From Geosiphon pyriformis uo1 (taxonomy: Eukaryota; Fungi; Glomeromycota), in the NCBI GenBank assembly GCA_016748015.1, contig JAAOMT010000240.1, forward strand, positions 83,383 to 147,382: a stretch of DNA of 64,000 bases, given 5' to 3'. Of the stretch, positions 38,374 to 53,405 are shown in pieces. Numbering within the stretch: the first letter of the stretch is position 1; every line of letters begins with the position of its first letter. The notes under the pieces are model-generated. The model saw only the letters and a list, made by a program, of their open reading frames with translations. It did no database searches and was not told the origin of the DNA. The position numbers and the translations under genes were made by a program.

Positions 38374-41300
38374 TTATTTATCAGTTTTGTTCATTTTCAT
38401 TTTTTTTGTTGAGGTGCGTCCTGAGAAAGAGCCTGCTCTTTTTTCGGATAAACCTTTAATTTTAAAAAAGCGTTTTCTACCCTCTCTTTCTTTTTCTGTT
38501 GACACTGATTCTTGCTGAGCCACCTTTTTCGCATGCTCTAATCTGCGAAGCGTCTGCTTTTCTTTTCGTTTTCTTTCTTTTTCTTTTTTAAGAGTTTGAA
38601 TTTGTTGAATGAGTGTATAAATCTTTTTCTCTCCTGGTTCAAGAACAACTGCTCGTTTTTGTAAATATGAGGACTTTGAACGCTTCTTGAGATCTTTGAG
38701 TTTTGAAGCGAAAGGAAGTGCTGCTTGTAGGGTTTTAGGTATTCTTAAAGGGTTGAAACGGCGAATTGGCCGGTCAATGTTCTAAAGATTATAAAGCGTA
38801 AATTGTGATAAATAAAATAAGTTATTCATAATAAACTTGAATACTAAGACTTACTCTATATGTAGAATTGGGATTATAGGGAGTAGAAATCGCCATTTCT
38901 TTTCTAATTTGCCCGATCAGCCTCATCCCCTGCCAATCAGTCTTTGTAGATAGCAAGAGAGACGTCACAGGGTTATACAACTTCTTTGGCTTAACCGGAT
39001 ACCAAGCCCTTAAGAATACAATGTCTAAATGGATTGAAATGAATTTTAGCACTTGTGTAAAAATATTTAATGATTCGTTGGTTTTTCAGAATTCCTACCG
39101 CTCATCAGTATCTTATCTTCGAATGTTGCTCGAAAATGTCCCTCAGGTTTCTAAATTCGAAATTTTTATTTTTATTAACAGATCAAAAATTTCAAAAGAA
39201 AGGGGAAATACATACCGAGAGTGGTTTCTTAACTTGACCTCGTATACCTGATACCGTCCGAATGGCTGCACCTTCAAATTTTGCCACTTCTAATGCAGAA
39301 TTGAACATCTCTTTGATGAAAGCGGTGTTTCTGAATATTTTATATGGGATCCCGGTCAACTTTAATTTTTTCACAATTTCTGCTGAATGATTAATATCAA
39401 GAATGACACCAGTAGCACTAATGCGAAAAGCCAACTTGATAATAAATAATAGGGATAAGTCTTTGAAGGCAGGATATTATGATAAACAAAGATTGAAAAA
39501 TATTCAGCTCTACCTTATTATCATCAGAAACTGACTGCACTGCACAAAATCCGGTATTTGGAGGATGAATAGGACCTAAAAGAAATCACGTAATTATTTT
39601 TTGAACTATCTCTGATTAAAAGAATAAAATGTCAAAGACCAATCGTGAAGGATTTACCATATATAGTTGCTATACAATGCATATGCTCAGGAGTATATTT
39701 GAGCATTCTGTTGCGTATACCATCATTGAGCGAGTATATAGGTATAGTTTGAAAACGTCGCCATCCCATTGAGAAAATTAGAGGATCGTTGGTTTTGAGA
39801 ATCTTGGGATGCCAGCGGTGTCTTTTCAAACGTATCTATATTTGAATCGTAAAAGAATTAAGAAAAATAAGGAGAGGATAAAGTTTTTTAAATGGAATAC
39901 CTGAATAAAGCCCAAATTTTCTTCTGTTGTTAACAAGCCTCCAAGGATGATAGGATAAATCGGATCAAAATATTTAACAAACTCTGAAGGAATGTTTTTT
40001 AAAAGAACCCGAATATATGTTCCAGGACGAAACCCTTCTACTAAGGAACGAATCTTGATGTCATCTTGGTTAAACTCATCGCGGTTTAATTTCAGTTGTT
40101 TATCGATATCGTTCTTTACTTGTTCATAGAAAGTTAATTGTGGCTCATCGTTGTCCTCTTGATCATACTCTGAATCAAACTTCTTTTTTAGCTCTTCTTT
40201 TTTCCGGGAAAGAGCATCATCAGCTAACTCTTTAGACTTTTCTGTTTCTTGTCCAGTAAATATTTCGCCTGTTTCCAAGTCTTCGAAATCACCATAGACT
40301 AAGTCGGTGTCTACTGTTCGAGATTTATTAGTAATTTCATGGTTTTCCTCCGAGCTGCCCGTTATGAATCGATACCGTATAGACTGTAATTTCTAGATTA
40401 AATTCGAGATAAGTTAATTTAACCGTTGTCATATTTGTTTCTTTGATTCTAATTCGATAGAAGTTAGGTTTAAAAATATTTCAGCCATTGCGACTTACAT
40501 CTTGGTCATCCCATTCATCTAGATTGACTGGGTCCAAATTTGCTTTGACTGAATCAATTTCATTAGATGTTTGCAGGCTCTTTTGATTCCCGTCTATTAT
40601 TTTAAAAAATCCATTTTCGTCTGCTTCAGACTCTATTTCACTAAAATCTCGAGCTTCTTTTTCTGTAGAAGTGGGTTTTTTGAGTGAATTCATTTTGTCA
40701 TCGATAATTTCTTCAGGGGTCTTTTCAGTGCCATAAATTAGCTGCATGAGATTTACTCTCTTGTTTGCATAAAATGATTGTCTTGCTTTTTTGGCCAAAT
40801 CTGTTTTCCACCTTAATGAGGCATCTATGTCTTGATTATCTGAATCTTCACTTTCTGAAGAACTGTTCAACTCGCTATCGCTTTCAGCAAACGCAATATC
40901 ATCATATTCATCATCAACAAATGGTTTCTTGGTTTGTGTTTCATCTTTGGCTGAAGCAGCTCGTCTTTCTTTGCGTAGGGGTAAGACTTTTGCATCTTTC
41001 GTCTCCTTTGTTGTATAACTTTCATTCTCTTCTGGTTGACAAGAATCATCCTCACTATCACAAGAGATTTTATCATCTTCGTTATCTAACTCTTGCTCGG
41101 AATCCAAATCACTTGCTTCAGTTTCTTCCGAATTCTCTGTCTCCTCACATTCACTGCTTGAAATATCCATCTTATTGTCTTTGGCATTTCCTTGATCAAT
41201 ATTAATCCTTAAACGTTCTATGGAGTTATACTCGTCGTCTTTATCATTGTGTACAGCTCTTCGACTATAGATGACATCCCTTTTAATTGATTCTTCCGAA

Positions 41301-43077
41301 TCTATAACATCGTGTGAGAGGTTTTATATAAAGGTAAACAAAAAATTGGTCAAGAATTATACCTGATGTTCTTTCATCTGTTGTCTCCTCATCTTGCACG
41401 TTCGCTGCTGTTAATGGAGTTGAATTTGCGAAAATTCGAAGCTCACTAGCTTTTAGTTGGGACGCAAGAGTATCCGGAGCATCTTGCAAATTAATAACCA
41501 TTTTTTCTCCTGGGCCTTGTGGGGAATTAACCTCTAAAAATATTCCTTTTAATACCATTACAACAAAAATTCCCGAAATTAGCCTAGGTAAGCCTACCAT
41601 TTCTTTCCTCTTCGTTTAAATTATCGCTCCTCTTTGTGAAATTACCAGGAACGTTAATATAGACTGCGTCTTTATCATACATTATACCATCCACTTCTGA
41701 CATGGGGGCGTAGATAAGCTTTTGCTTTTCACTTAAACTTTTCCTCACTTTATCTGGTAAGGGACACGGATCAAGTAATGCAGACACATCAGCCAAATAT
41801 TGATCACCGGCACCAGGGATGTGAGCCTTTATTGAAAAATAAATCAGATCAAAAACCTAAATCCAAATTCGGTCATTGATTTGTAAAGGGGAAATCATGC
41901 TTTAAAGACCTTCATGTTAGCCTTCAGATTGGTCCCTCGCAAGTACCCGTACAATGTGACGGTACGATCACAATTCGGATTTATTCTGACTTCTTCGGGA
42001 TCAGTCAGATCTTCAACGCGATCGGCCACCATATAAGGATGTGTATTTCTCCATATAAGTGGGCGAAACTTCATTACGGATATAAACCGAGAAAGATTTT
42101 GGATTTCTTGATTTGGATATCGACCATTGATAATGCCCGAAAGATAAAAAAGTTTGGCACCTTGGTATATTTCGGTCCAGAAACGGTGTTTCAGGCGTTT
42201 TTTAGTTGTACGTAAAGTCTTGTTGTTTTTGAATAAATCCAAGTGTGTAAGCACACCCATTATTTTCGGAAAACCGTGAACCTGTAAAATGTTTAAAAAC
42301 TCGAATGTTTCCTAAATAAAATGTAATTGAGGGGAGGTTAATCGATTATCTTGTGAGAAACTCTATGAATATTTTACCATTTCAAAACCAAAGCTGGCAT
42401 CAATCAATAATAGTACAAGATCTGCAACTTTGGCGATATCGATCATACTGTTCATATCGTTTGCACACTCCAAGAAAGTCAATCGCCGATGCTTTCCTGT
42501 AAAATCAGAGAATTTTAACAGCTGCAGGTATTATATCTCAAATGGTAGATTTCTTCGTTAATTTCGTACCACTCACAACCGTGATCGGTCCTTTTACTTC
42601 AGTAAGACTATGTTTTGTGTAGCGCTTTACAAGAGATTTAATCAGGGTCGTTTTGCCGGTCTACTATCACAGAGATAAGGAACCAATTTTGCAAGGATAA
42701 GATTTAGTAAAGAGTACAAGTTCAATTCAGCATTGATTTCATAAATTCAAATAAGACTCACTTTGGGAGGCCCTACAACGGCAACAATCACTGGAGGTGG
42801 TTGAATGGGTGTTCTATCAACAAGAGGCACGTGCAGCTTCTTTTGGTCAAGTTCCTGGTTTCGACGAGCTAACTTCTCTGCTTTTCTCCCAGATAGAGGA
42901 GCAAAGGCCTATAAATGCAACATAGGTTATGACGTTTATAAAACAAGGTAAAAGCAGTTATTTCTCTCCAGAAACCTTCGGATTGTTTTTTTCTTCATTT
43001 TTTTTATACTTTTTTTCTTTCTTTTCTTTTTTGACACCTGCTTGCCGCGGGTGATGTGCCTTTTGTTCTTTTTCCAT
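38374..43077 (-). CDS. BMS1: Ribosome biogenesis GTPase Bms1, multi-exon
   Basis: [15 protein letters not shown]|[10 protein letters not shown]; [22 protein letters not shown]; [17 protein letters not shown]; [12 protein letters not shown]; [19 protein letters not shown]. Confidence 0.97.
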
Positions 43078-43483
43078 TTTTTTCTAAGGACAAGTGCAAG
43101 TGCAAGTGCAAGATCAAGATCGAGATTTTAATTTTAATTTCACCTAAGCTAATAAAGCGATGAAGATCGGAATCACATGAACAGAGCCAAATACATGTAA
43201 TTCATATTTTTTAATTAATTTTACTTAATCAAATACAAAATTTTATTTTTATCATAAATAAAAGACAATAGTTATGGATTTTTCTGTTGCTGCGCCTCCA
43301 GTCAGTAATCAGCCGCACCAATGGGATGCCTTGAGAAAATAAGCTAGATTTGTCTAGCTGTATATCTATCATTATCCTCAGTATTAAAACTGTCAATATT
43401 ATGATAATAAAGTTAAAGGATTCAATTCTCCAACTCGAAATTTCTAATTATTGCCCTTCACGCTACCTCTCAGTCTTGTCAAG

Positions 43484-46400
43484 ATGTCTTCGGCACCTCC
43501 TCAGGCACAGCAAATTGATAATCTACAACCATCACAACCTCACGGACCAAGAGAATGGATTGATCTAAACCTCGTTGTTGGCAATGCCACCCAAAACACC
43601 TATGAAAGCTTAAATGTGCTGATTCAATCAACGTAACTAATAAACTATAATCACTTCCTTTTCAATTAATTCCCTTTTCCACAAGGGTAACCTCTCTTTT
43701 AAGGTTAACCGAAATAGCGCAAGCTAAAACAAAACCACAAAAAGAACAATCAAGCAAAAACAGCGAACTGCAGCGAAAGATGAAACTTTTACATTTCCTT
43801 GAGGAAAAACGGCAAAATTTCAGTAAAATACTAGCTTTGGTGAAGTTTGCTAAGAATGTCAACCACATGAAAAATGCCCAGGTATCATTTTTAAAAATTC
43901 GCTTTTTTGAATTAAGGCATCTAGCTTTAGTTGACATTAAAATAATTTTGTGACGGTCAATAGGACTCTCAGAAATTTTTGCAAGACAAACAAAACCATT
44001 TAAATGCTCTTCAACACGGTTGGGAAACTTATGCGCGATGGATTCACAATTCAAAGTAAGAAATTTACATTTCAATTCAAGCTATTTTCTCTAATTCCTT
44101 ACTCGTAATCTCGAAGTGCACTTGTTCTTTTCAAATAAAAATTCCAATACATCATCAAGTGCAGGTTTGTTTATTTCGACTTCACCGGAAATCTCCGTAT
44201 CACATTGAGCTGAAATTAATGATGCTCGATTATTGATGAATTTTCGAATTACCCAAGTTACAACGATAAAATTCAAAAATCTTATTATTATATCTTTATC
44301 CTTTCATTGACATTTAGTGCCAAAAATCCAGACCTACATACAGCCATAGATGTTCTTACCAGTGGAACCTATCAAAGATTTCCGACATCCCTCAAGGTAA
44401 AAATCTTAAGAATTCAACTACACTCAATATTGGTATGATTTTAAATTCTTTTGATATCTACTATAGCACTCTTTGACATATGAGCCCCTAAAGGATCAAG
44501 AAGTCAAGGAAACACTGGAAAAGCAAAATTTAAATCTTGAAACATGGATATTAACGCGTGAAGTAATTCCCGCAGCTTTCTCAAATTATAAAGTTCATGA
44601 TGGCCGTGTAACATTCCATGTAGAGAAGGAATTTGAGGTAATTGATGTTATCAGATAAGATACGAACGCTTCAGCTTGATCATTGGCATGAGCTTCTCAA
44701 AATAATTTAAATGTACAGATTTCGATCACGCGATGTTTTGCTAAACATGTTGACCCCAGAGATTTCTTAAATGAAAAACAAGAAAAACAACGAAGGATTG
44801 AAGAAGAATTAAATTTTGCGAAGCGATGTCAAGATCCTAATGACAAACTCATAAAAAGTGATGTTTCGCGCTGGTTGCAAGAAAGAAAAGCCCAACCCAG
44901 GATCGATCTTAAACCTTCTGACCGATGGATGACAGTTGATCTCAAATTTTTTGTTCAGAGTAACCCAGAAAAGTGGTTTGCTGGTATGATCTTCATCAAA
45001 CTTTATTATAGTCAATTTATTATACATATTAAATGCTATAATCTCTCTTAATATTTACAAGCCTCGCCGCTTGAAGTCGGGAAAGCTAACTTGCAGTATG
45101 CCACACATTTGTCTAATTTTATCCTCGCTTCAACGGCACTCTCGATGAAAGAGATTCCCGAAAAAATTCCAAAGACAAAAAAAATCCAAAATTCCCCGTA
45201 TACACCAAGTTGGATGAAGAAGTCCGAGAAGAGAGTCATAGGGTGGTGGGAAAATGCCAAACAGGCCCCTGACCTGCCCTTGGTGACTTTATATGAATTT
45301 TTGCGTAGGCTTGGTTTTTTTTCTTTTTAACTTCTAAATTTCTTCTCTCATAACATTAATATGAAAATTTGTTTTATCCAAAACTTCCCATTATAGATGA
45401 AACTTGTCTGCAACAGCAAATGTATCTTATGATTGATCAGGTAACAAATATTACCTTTTTCGTGATTAAGCTAATTTATTTGGATTTTATTAACCCATGT
45501 CATTAATCATTAATAGCTCAAACATTTAGCAAATGGAAGATGGGGAGAAAATATAGAGTTTCAAGTGGATAAAAAAAATGAGCAGATAAAAATATACTAT
45601 TGGAGGTATATTTTTTGTAGAAGTTATTCACTTAGTTATACGCGAATTCAGATTTTAATCAATTTCGAAAATTCTTTTTTTAGGTGGGCTCATGTTGCCC
45701 ATAGGGGCGAGAACAGTAGGAAAGGAATTGCAGAGTATAATAGAAAGATCGAACTTGCAAAGGGTAATTCTTAAAGCTCTTCAACAAGTATCATGTAAAG
45801 CACAAGGTTTACCTGTTTTTTAATTTTAATTAAATCAAAAAAGAGAGAGAAAAAAGATTTCATGATCCCCCACGAAGGTTGCCGGATCCCGTTGATCTCA
45901 AGGCTCAAAAAGATCATTGGGTTGAAATCTCGATAACTGAAGATATCCCTGCTGAATATACTGTGAATTTTAGTAAAAAGAGATTAGCCTTAACTAATTA
46001 TGCAATGGAAACCTCCCGAATCAAATATGGAAGCGTACAAAATCGTCGAGGGCTTTATTATCCACATCGAAGATTTCAAGTTCGATGGTGTAAAGGCAAT
46101 GACCAAACGAAAATTATTCCTTGGAAATTTGTTTGTTGATTTTTTTCAATGTGTTTTTCTTTTTTATGTTCAATAGCTTAAACTATTTATTGAAACTTGG
46201 AATTCATTTTTCTTCTTTTATTATTAAAGGATCCGACAAATGTCAACGTTGAGCATTTACTACTTCGTGTAGTGAGAGGCCATGCCGATCATGTAATTCG
46301 TAAATTCAAAGATATTGTATTGGATTTTTGTGCTCGGGATGACTCCTTCTTGGAAAAAAATGACATAGAAATTGCCAAAGGCCGTGATGGTTGCGTATCC

Positions 46401-49400
46401 TATAATTACTCTGGTTTGATCACTTTCATTTTTTTATATTTCGAAATGATATATTCCCTAATACTTTAACTTCTTCTCTTCCCTATATTTTGCTATGGGG
46501 TCAAATCCATACTCCTAGCTTTCCGTTTTCCAGATTACAGCCTAGACATAGACTACAAGGCTAAAAAATATTGGATGACACCTGTAATGCGTGTACGTAT
46601 GACTCATGACAAATGGATCGACGTAAGTGTAGATTTAACTCACGGAAAGATAGTATTTGAGCGGAATCATAAACAATTCAGAAATGGTAAGATTTGGGCA
46701 ACCTATAAAAGTTTTTCGTATGTCGCAACAAATCTACTCAATATCAAATTCCGCAATCTCTCAATAACAGTGATTTTAAAATCGGTGAATCAAGACATTA
46801 CCAAGACACCAGGGAGTATAATTGCTATGCTTAGAATCTTAAAAACTAATGTAATTGAATTTTCTTGATCGCAGTTAAAGATCACCACTGAAACTGTTAT
46901 TATCTTATGAAAACCCGGTGATACTAATATTACAACTGACTGAAACCATACCGACTTCGACTGTGAATCAGATTGTGGCGGATTTCGGCTTCGATTGTTA
47001 AAATTAATCACCACCGTTTTTGCAATAAACGCTGTAGCGTAACAAATATCACCTCAATATACCATGAAGCCTTTGAAATCCATACAAGACATAGTAAATA
47101 CCCCTTGAATAAATAAAAAATTCTCCCATTTATTATCATAACAGAACTTTCCCCCTTTGCCGCAACGTCCAAAAGTATTGCTTGATCGGCAATTCTACAA
47201 CTATCCCGGGTTTCGTCTGATAATAATGGTTTCAGGCGTTTATCGGAATTTCTTCCTCCATTTTATCGTTTGTTTTTTATTATAATTCCTCAGCAATTCA
47301 GCGTTCAATATTTATGGAGATTTTTTTTTAGACTATTATGGAGGAGGTTGCTTTATGGGCCAGCCAGCTAGAATTATATCTTGACGAAAACTTAAAATTA
47401 CGTGATGGAGGTGCTGTTTAGATTTTATTTATTTTGCAGGTATTACGCGTTTTGAGATAAGAATTTTATTACATTCTAATGTTTGTCTATTACTATTTTC
47501 CTAAAGATGTTGAACGTTTTGGTACAGACCAAAGGCCTAAATTTTATCATTTTGATCCTTATTCTCGATGGTACCTTGTTGCCGGGACAATAAATTGCAA
47601 GCTGAAATACTGGCTAATTTCTATCGAGTAAGTAAAAAAAAAATCTTGCAGAAAAAATTATTAACTAAATATTCTTCACGATATTTTTATATAGGGAATT
47701 TGAGCGTGAGATACCTGAACCGATAATGAATTATATCCAAGTCTGGGCAAAGTATACTGTCGCTGATATGATCCCAATAGATTTGGAAAGTTGCAAGCCG
47801 AATGGCTTCTGTTTCACTAATGAAGAAAGAATAGATGATGATTCGAGGCCACGTAAGAAAAGAAAATTAGGGGAATCATCTACTCCAATATCCGATAATG
47901 ATAGAGAGGATCGGTATGGCATTTTAAGATTAGGTTACCTCAGATTAAAGCTTTAATTAACTTCATGATTTTAATAGATGTGTGGAAAATCTAAACTCTC
48001 TTACTAAAGCTGTTGCCTTATGCCGGTAAGTTGGTCATTTGCTTCCCCAAAATATAGAAAGCTCAAAAAACTGGTTTAATTTTGTTTACCATAGTGCACA
48101 CATTGCGCATATGAAACTGGGGCCACAATTGAAAGCCCATAAGATCACCTATTCCGTAAATCAAGCTACCCACTTTGTTGTAGATCATCAACAACAGACG
48201 ATATTTTCGCTTACGAAATCGGTTCCTGTATTAAAATTAAACCTCAAAGAAATGTTGGTTCGTGTACGATCCGCAAATAAAAGCTCTTTAAGAATATTTC
48301 GAGATATATCCATGCGTACTGTTGGGTGGTTTTCTCCCAAACTGCGGACTTGTTCGGTGCGAATTAAATGCTAAAATTATATTTTTAAAAAAGTACTTTG
48401 ATATCCTACTAACATTATGCTTTTGTGCTTGCAGCTAATAGTAAACATTGTCTTGAGATCTGATCATTTACCAGCTATTAGCAAAAAATTATTTTCTGGT
48501 TTATCTCATATTTTAAGATCAATCTTGTTTATCTTCCTTCATACTTAATACTAATGGCTTAAATTTTTTTCAGATTACGTTCGATTTGATCCACGTATAT
48601 CCGTTTTGTCCTTGGAATACGAAAATTTGGATACATGTGTTTCTGATTTCCTTCAAGATTGGAATCAGATTGTAATGATCTCCCAGTTAGCATTGCAAGG
48701 TCAAACCTCTTCACTTTTAATTTTGAAATTTAATCTCACTCAACTAAACGATCTGACATAGTTTACACTTTAATATATACATTTAAAAGTATCCTCGAGT
48801 GGTTGGAAGAGTTTTGGAAAAATTGTATTTAAATCATTTGATTTCAAATCCCTCGAATTCATTTATTCCAAGGTATTTCAATTGATTAAGCTTTATACCA
48901 ATACCTTTACTCGAACATTTAGCTTATTCTCTGTTTTTTTCAACCTTTAACAGCATTACCAAATAAGGATCACTTGGTCAAATAGACAATATTCGCTTGA
49001 CTTTGGAGTAACGGATTTATCAGGGGTGAGAAATCCTCATCAACGTATCAAAGATCATCTGCAAAAAGATTTCAATCATGCATGTGACCTCAAGGCTCTT
49101 TTACTGGTACCTTAAAAATTTTCATTACTATGGTTGATGTTAATTTGAAGTCTAATTACAGTATTTTCAAACCCCTCCCCCCACAGATATTAACTCGTAC
49201 TCTAACCATCCTACGGACGCTTGATGAACTTGAAGCTCAATCAGAATTATCCCGAGTCTTACTTAGAATAGTTCCCAAGTCTACAACTTCATATACGCTT
49301 AAATGGATGCTGGGATCACGACCACGGTATGTAGATAGCTATTTAGTTTTCACTATTTTGTTTTGAATATATTTTATGACTGACCTTTATTTTATGGATT

Positions 49401-49659
49401 AAGTGTGGGTTCGAATAATATGATAAATGTAGAAGTGAAGGATGATGGGACGACTTTCATCTCTGATCCTATAAACAATTGGGATCTCATGAGATCAAGT
49501 ACCACTTCGGTATCTTCCTTGGATATGTTATGGGACGGAATATTAACAACAGTAAATGCTAATCCATACAACTTCCTCCGCCTCAATAAAGGTTTTATTG
49601 CGGAAGACAAACTGGCGTCCCTTTTGTTAAAATATATACATGGTCGTATTCCATTTTAA
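43484..49659 (+). CDS. MED14: Mediator complex subunit 14 (Rgr1), many exons
   Basis: RKMKLLHFLEEKRQNFSKILALVKF; PDLHTAIDVLTSGTYQRFP; YKVHDGRVTFHVEKEFE; LVTLYEFL..CLQQQ..GRWGE. Exons followed in frame to the stop at 49659. Confidence 0.85.
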
Positions 49660-49847
49660 GACAAAGAACATCTCTATTCAAATTGAAGCTCAGGGAGCTT
49701 TTTTTAGAGCATAGATCCTTTATAGACATCCTAAATGAAAATTAAAACTTTACCGAGAAAATGCAAATGAAAATTATTTTATTGCGGTTTTGTTTTCCGT
49801 CAAATTCATTTTTAGCAGCAAGGTGAACTTGATCTTTCTCAAATTAT

Positions 49848-50615
49848 TTATTTCAATGGAATGAAGCGGGATGAGTGAGTTGCTCCAATACCTAATTAAA
49901 ATATTAGATATTTGATCAAAATATATCGGACTGGGGAAGGGTAGAAACAGGATATAGAGTAGAGACTACATACCAGGACGTCCATGCTTAACAGGTTTGT
50001 ACGAAATAGAGAATTCAGCAAGGTAGTGGCCGATCATATCAGGCTATTTGTTTGAGGAAAAAGTTTAATTATGTGGCTATAATTGATATGAACGCAGGAG
50101 AAAAGAACCTAAGATGGCAAATAGTTTTTAACCTTGACTTCTACTTGATTAAATGTCTTCCCATTGTACACGCCAACAACTGAACCAATCATCTCCGGCA
50201 CAATAATCATGTCACGCAGATGAGTTTTTACCACTGCTGGTTTTTCATTCGGAGGCGCTTCTTTTTTAGCTTTACGAAGTTTTTTGATAAGGCCCATTGG
50301 CTTCCGTTTCAAACCACGTTGGAATCTTCGCCGAGCACGAGCATGCACCAAGTCCATTAACTTCCAAATAAATTAAATTAATAAACAATGGTTCATCAAG
50401 TCCCGTAAACAGAAATGAAATACCTGCTCAGAGGTCAAGTCTAAAAGTTGATCAAGGTCCACGCCTCGATATGAGAACTTTTTGAAAGTTCTCTTCTTTT
50501 TTTGTTCAGCAGCTGCGATGGGATCGTAATCGTCAGACTACGGTAAAGAAAGTTTTACTTAAACATTTTTTGATCACTTCATTAACCCAAGGAACTTGTT
50601 AATCTCCCTCACCAT
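49848..50615 (-). CDS. RPS15: 40S ribosomal protein S15 (uS19); first coding exon is the ATG only
   Basis: [19 protein letters not shown]; [25 protein letters not shown]; [19 protein letters not shown]. Confidence 0.97.
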
Positions 50616-51392
50616 TTTGCAAGTCTTGGTAAAAGATTCCGGTTAAATTCGAGAAGAAATTTTTACGATTAAATTTTTAAATTGGTATCCCCACAAATGT
50701 GTCACCAGATTTGTTACCCCAATTTCTACTAGAAATTTTCTAAAAACTGTTTATATTTTTTTTTGCATAATTATTCTTATATTGATGTAATAATATTTAT
50801 AATTAATTAATTTACATAATTTGCAATATTATATAAAATTATTATATTTTTTTTAAATAATAATAAATATTTAACTAAATGCTATATTATTCTTTTTAAA
50901 CAAAAATATATCAGGGATTTGATTATTAATTCATTATTAATTTTTTATGGTAAACTTTCTAAATTTTCACATTAAAAAATGATTTATACTTTAGTAAGTT
51001 TAACTTTAAATTTATTTACTTTGAAAACTAGAATCAAAGTTCTTAATGCATAAAAGTCGAGTATTAGCATCAAATATTTTTAATATAATATGTTCCAAAT
51101 CTTTTAGGTTCATTATAAACAAAATATTTTTACGAACCTTTCAAAGTGATAGAGATATCCTTTGCTGATCAGAATTTACGTTTCACTTAAAAATTATTAA
51201 GAGTTGAAATTCAATCTGCTGCTAGAAAATATCCAATAAATTTTTTGGATAAAATATTCATAAATTACTTGTCTCTCGATCATAAATTCATTAGCCTCAA
51301 TTTCTCCAGCATAGTTGAAATAAAATTTTTAGGCTGTCAAACAAAATCGATCTGATATTAAAAGAACAACTCAGTAATAATGTGAAAAACCC

Positions 51393-53052
<1,660 letters not shown>

Positions 53053-53405
53053 ATTGAATTCGAGACAGCCAGGACAGTCTTGTGTTGCGAGTTAAATTTT
53101 TATGAAGCAGATCGTAGATCATCCCGATGTAGAAGCTTGTCTGACTTGTCATTGTACTGCGACGATTTGCAATCCAATTGGAAGAATAGAAACTTTCTTC
53201 AACCCGGGGAACGTAAATTAAAAATCACCAGCCATTCTATGCGTACTACCATTCACGTGATTACAACATTCACCAACCGATAAACAAAGATCGGAAATTT
53301 GGCTACTTACCCACAAGGATATTAATGATATAATATATTATTCTGTCCATTTTTGAAAAATTAATTTTTTAACTGGTAAAAGTCGCGACTTTATTTTAGA
53401 CTTAT

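Noticed and set aside
46395-46470. GTATCCTA plus CTTTAAC in MED14, a possible U12 intron
   Set aside because: No in-phase AG acceptor was found. The GTTGCG donor 5 nt upstream joins in phase to the CAG at 46533. RNA-seq could still overturn this.
47031-47093. Apparent in-frame stop in a MED14 exon
   Set aside because: The segment is inside intron 46851-47331, and the flanking exons join in frame without it.
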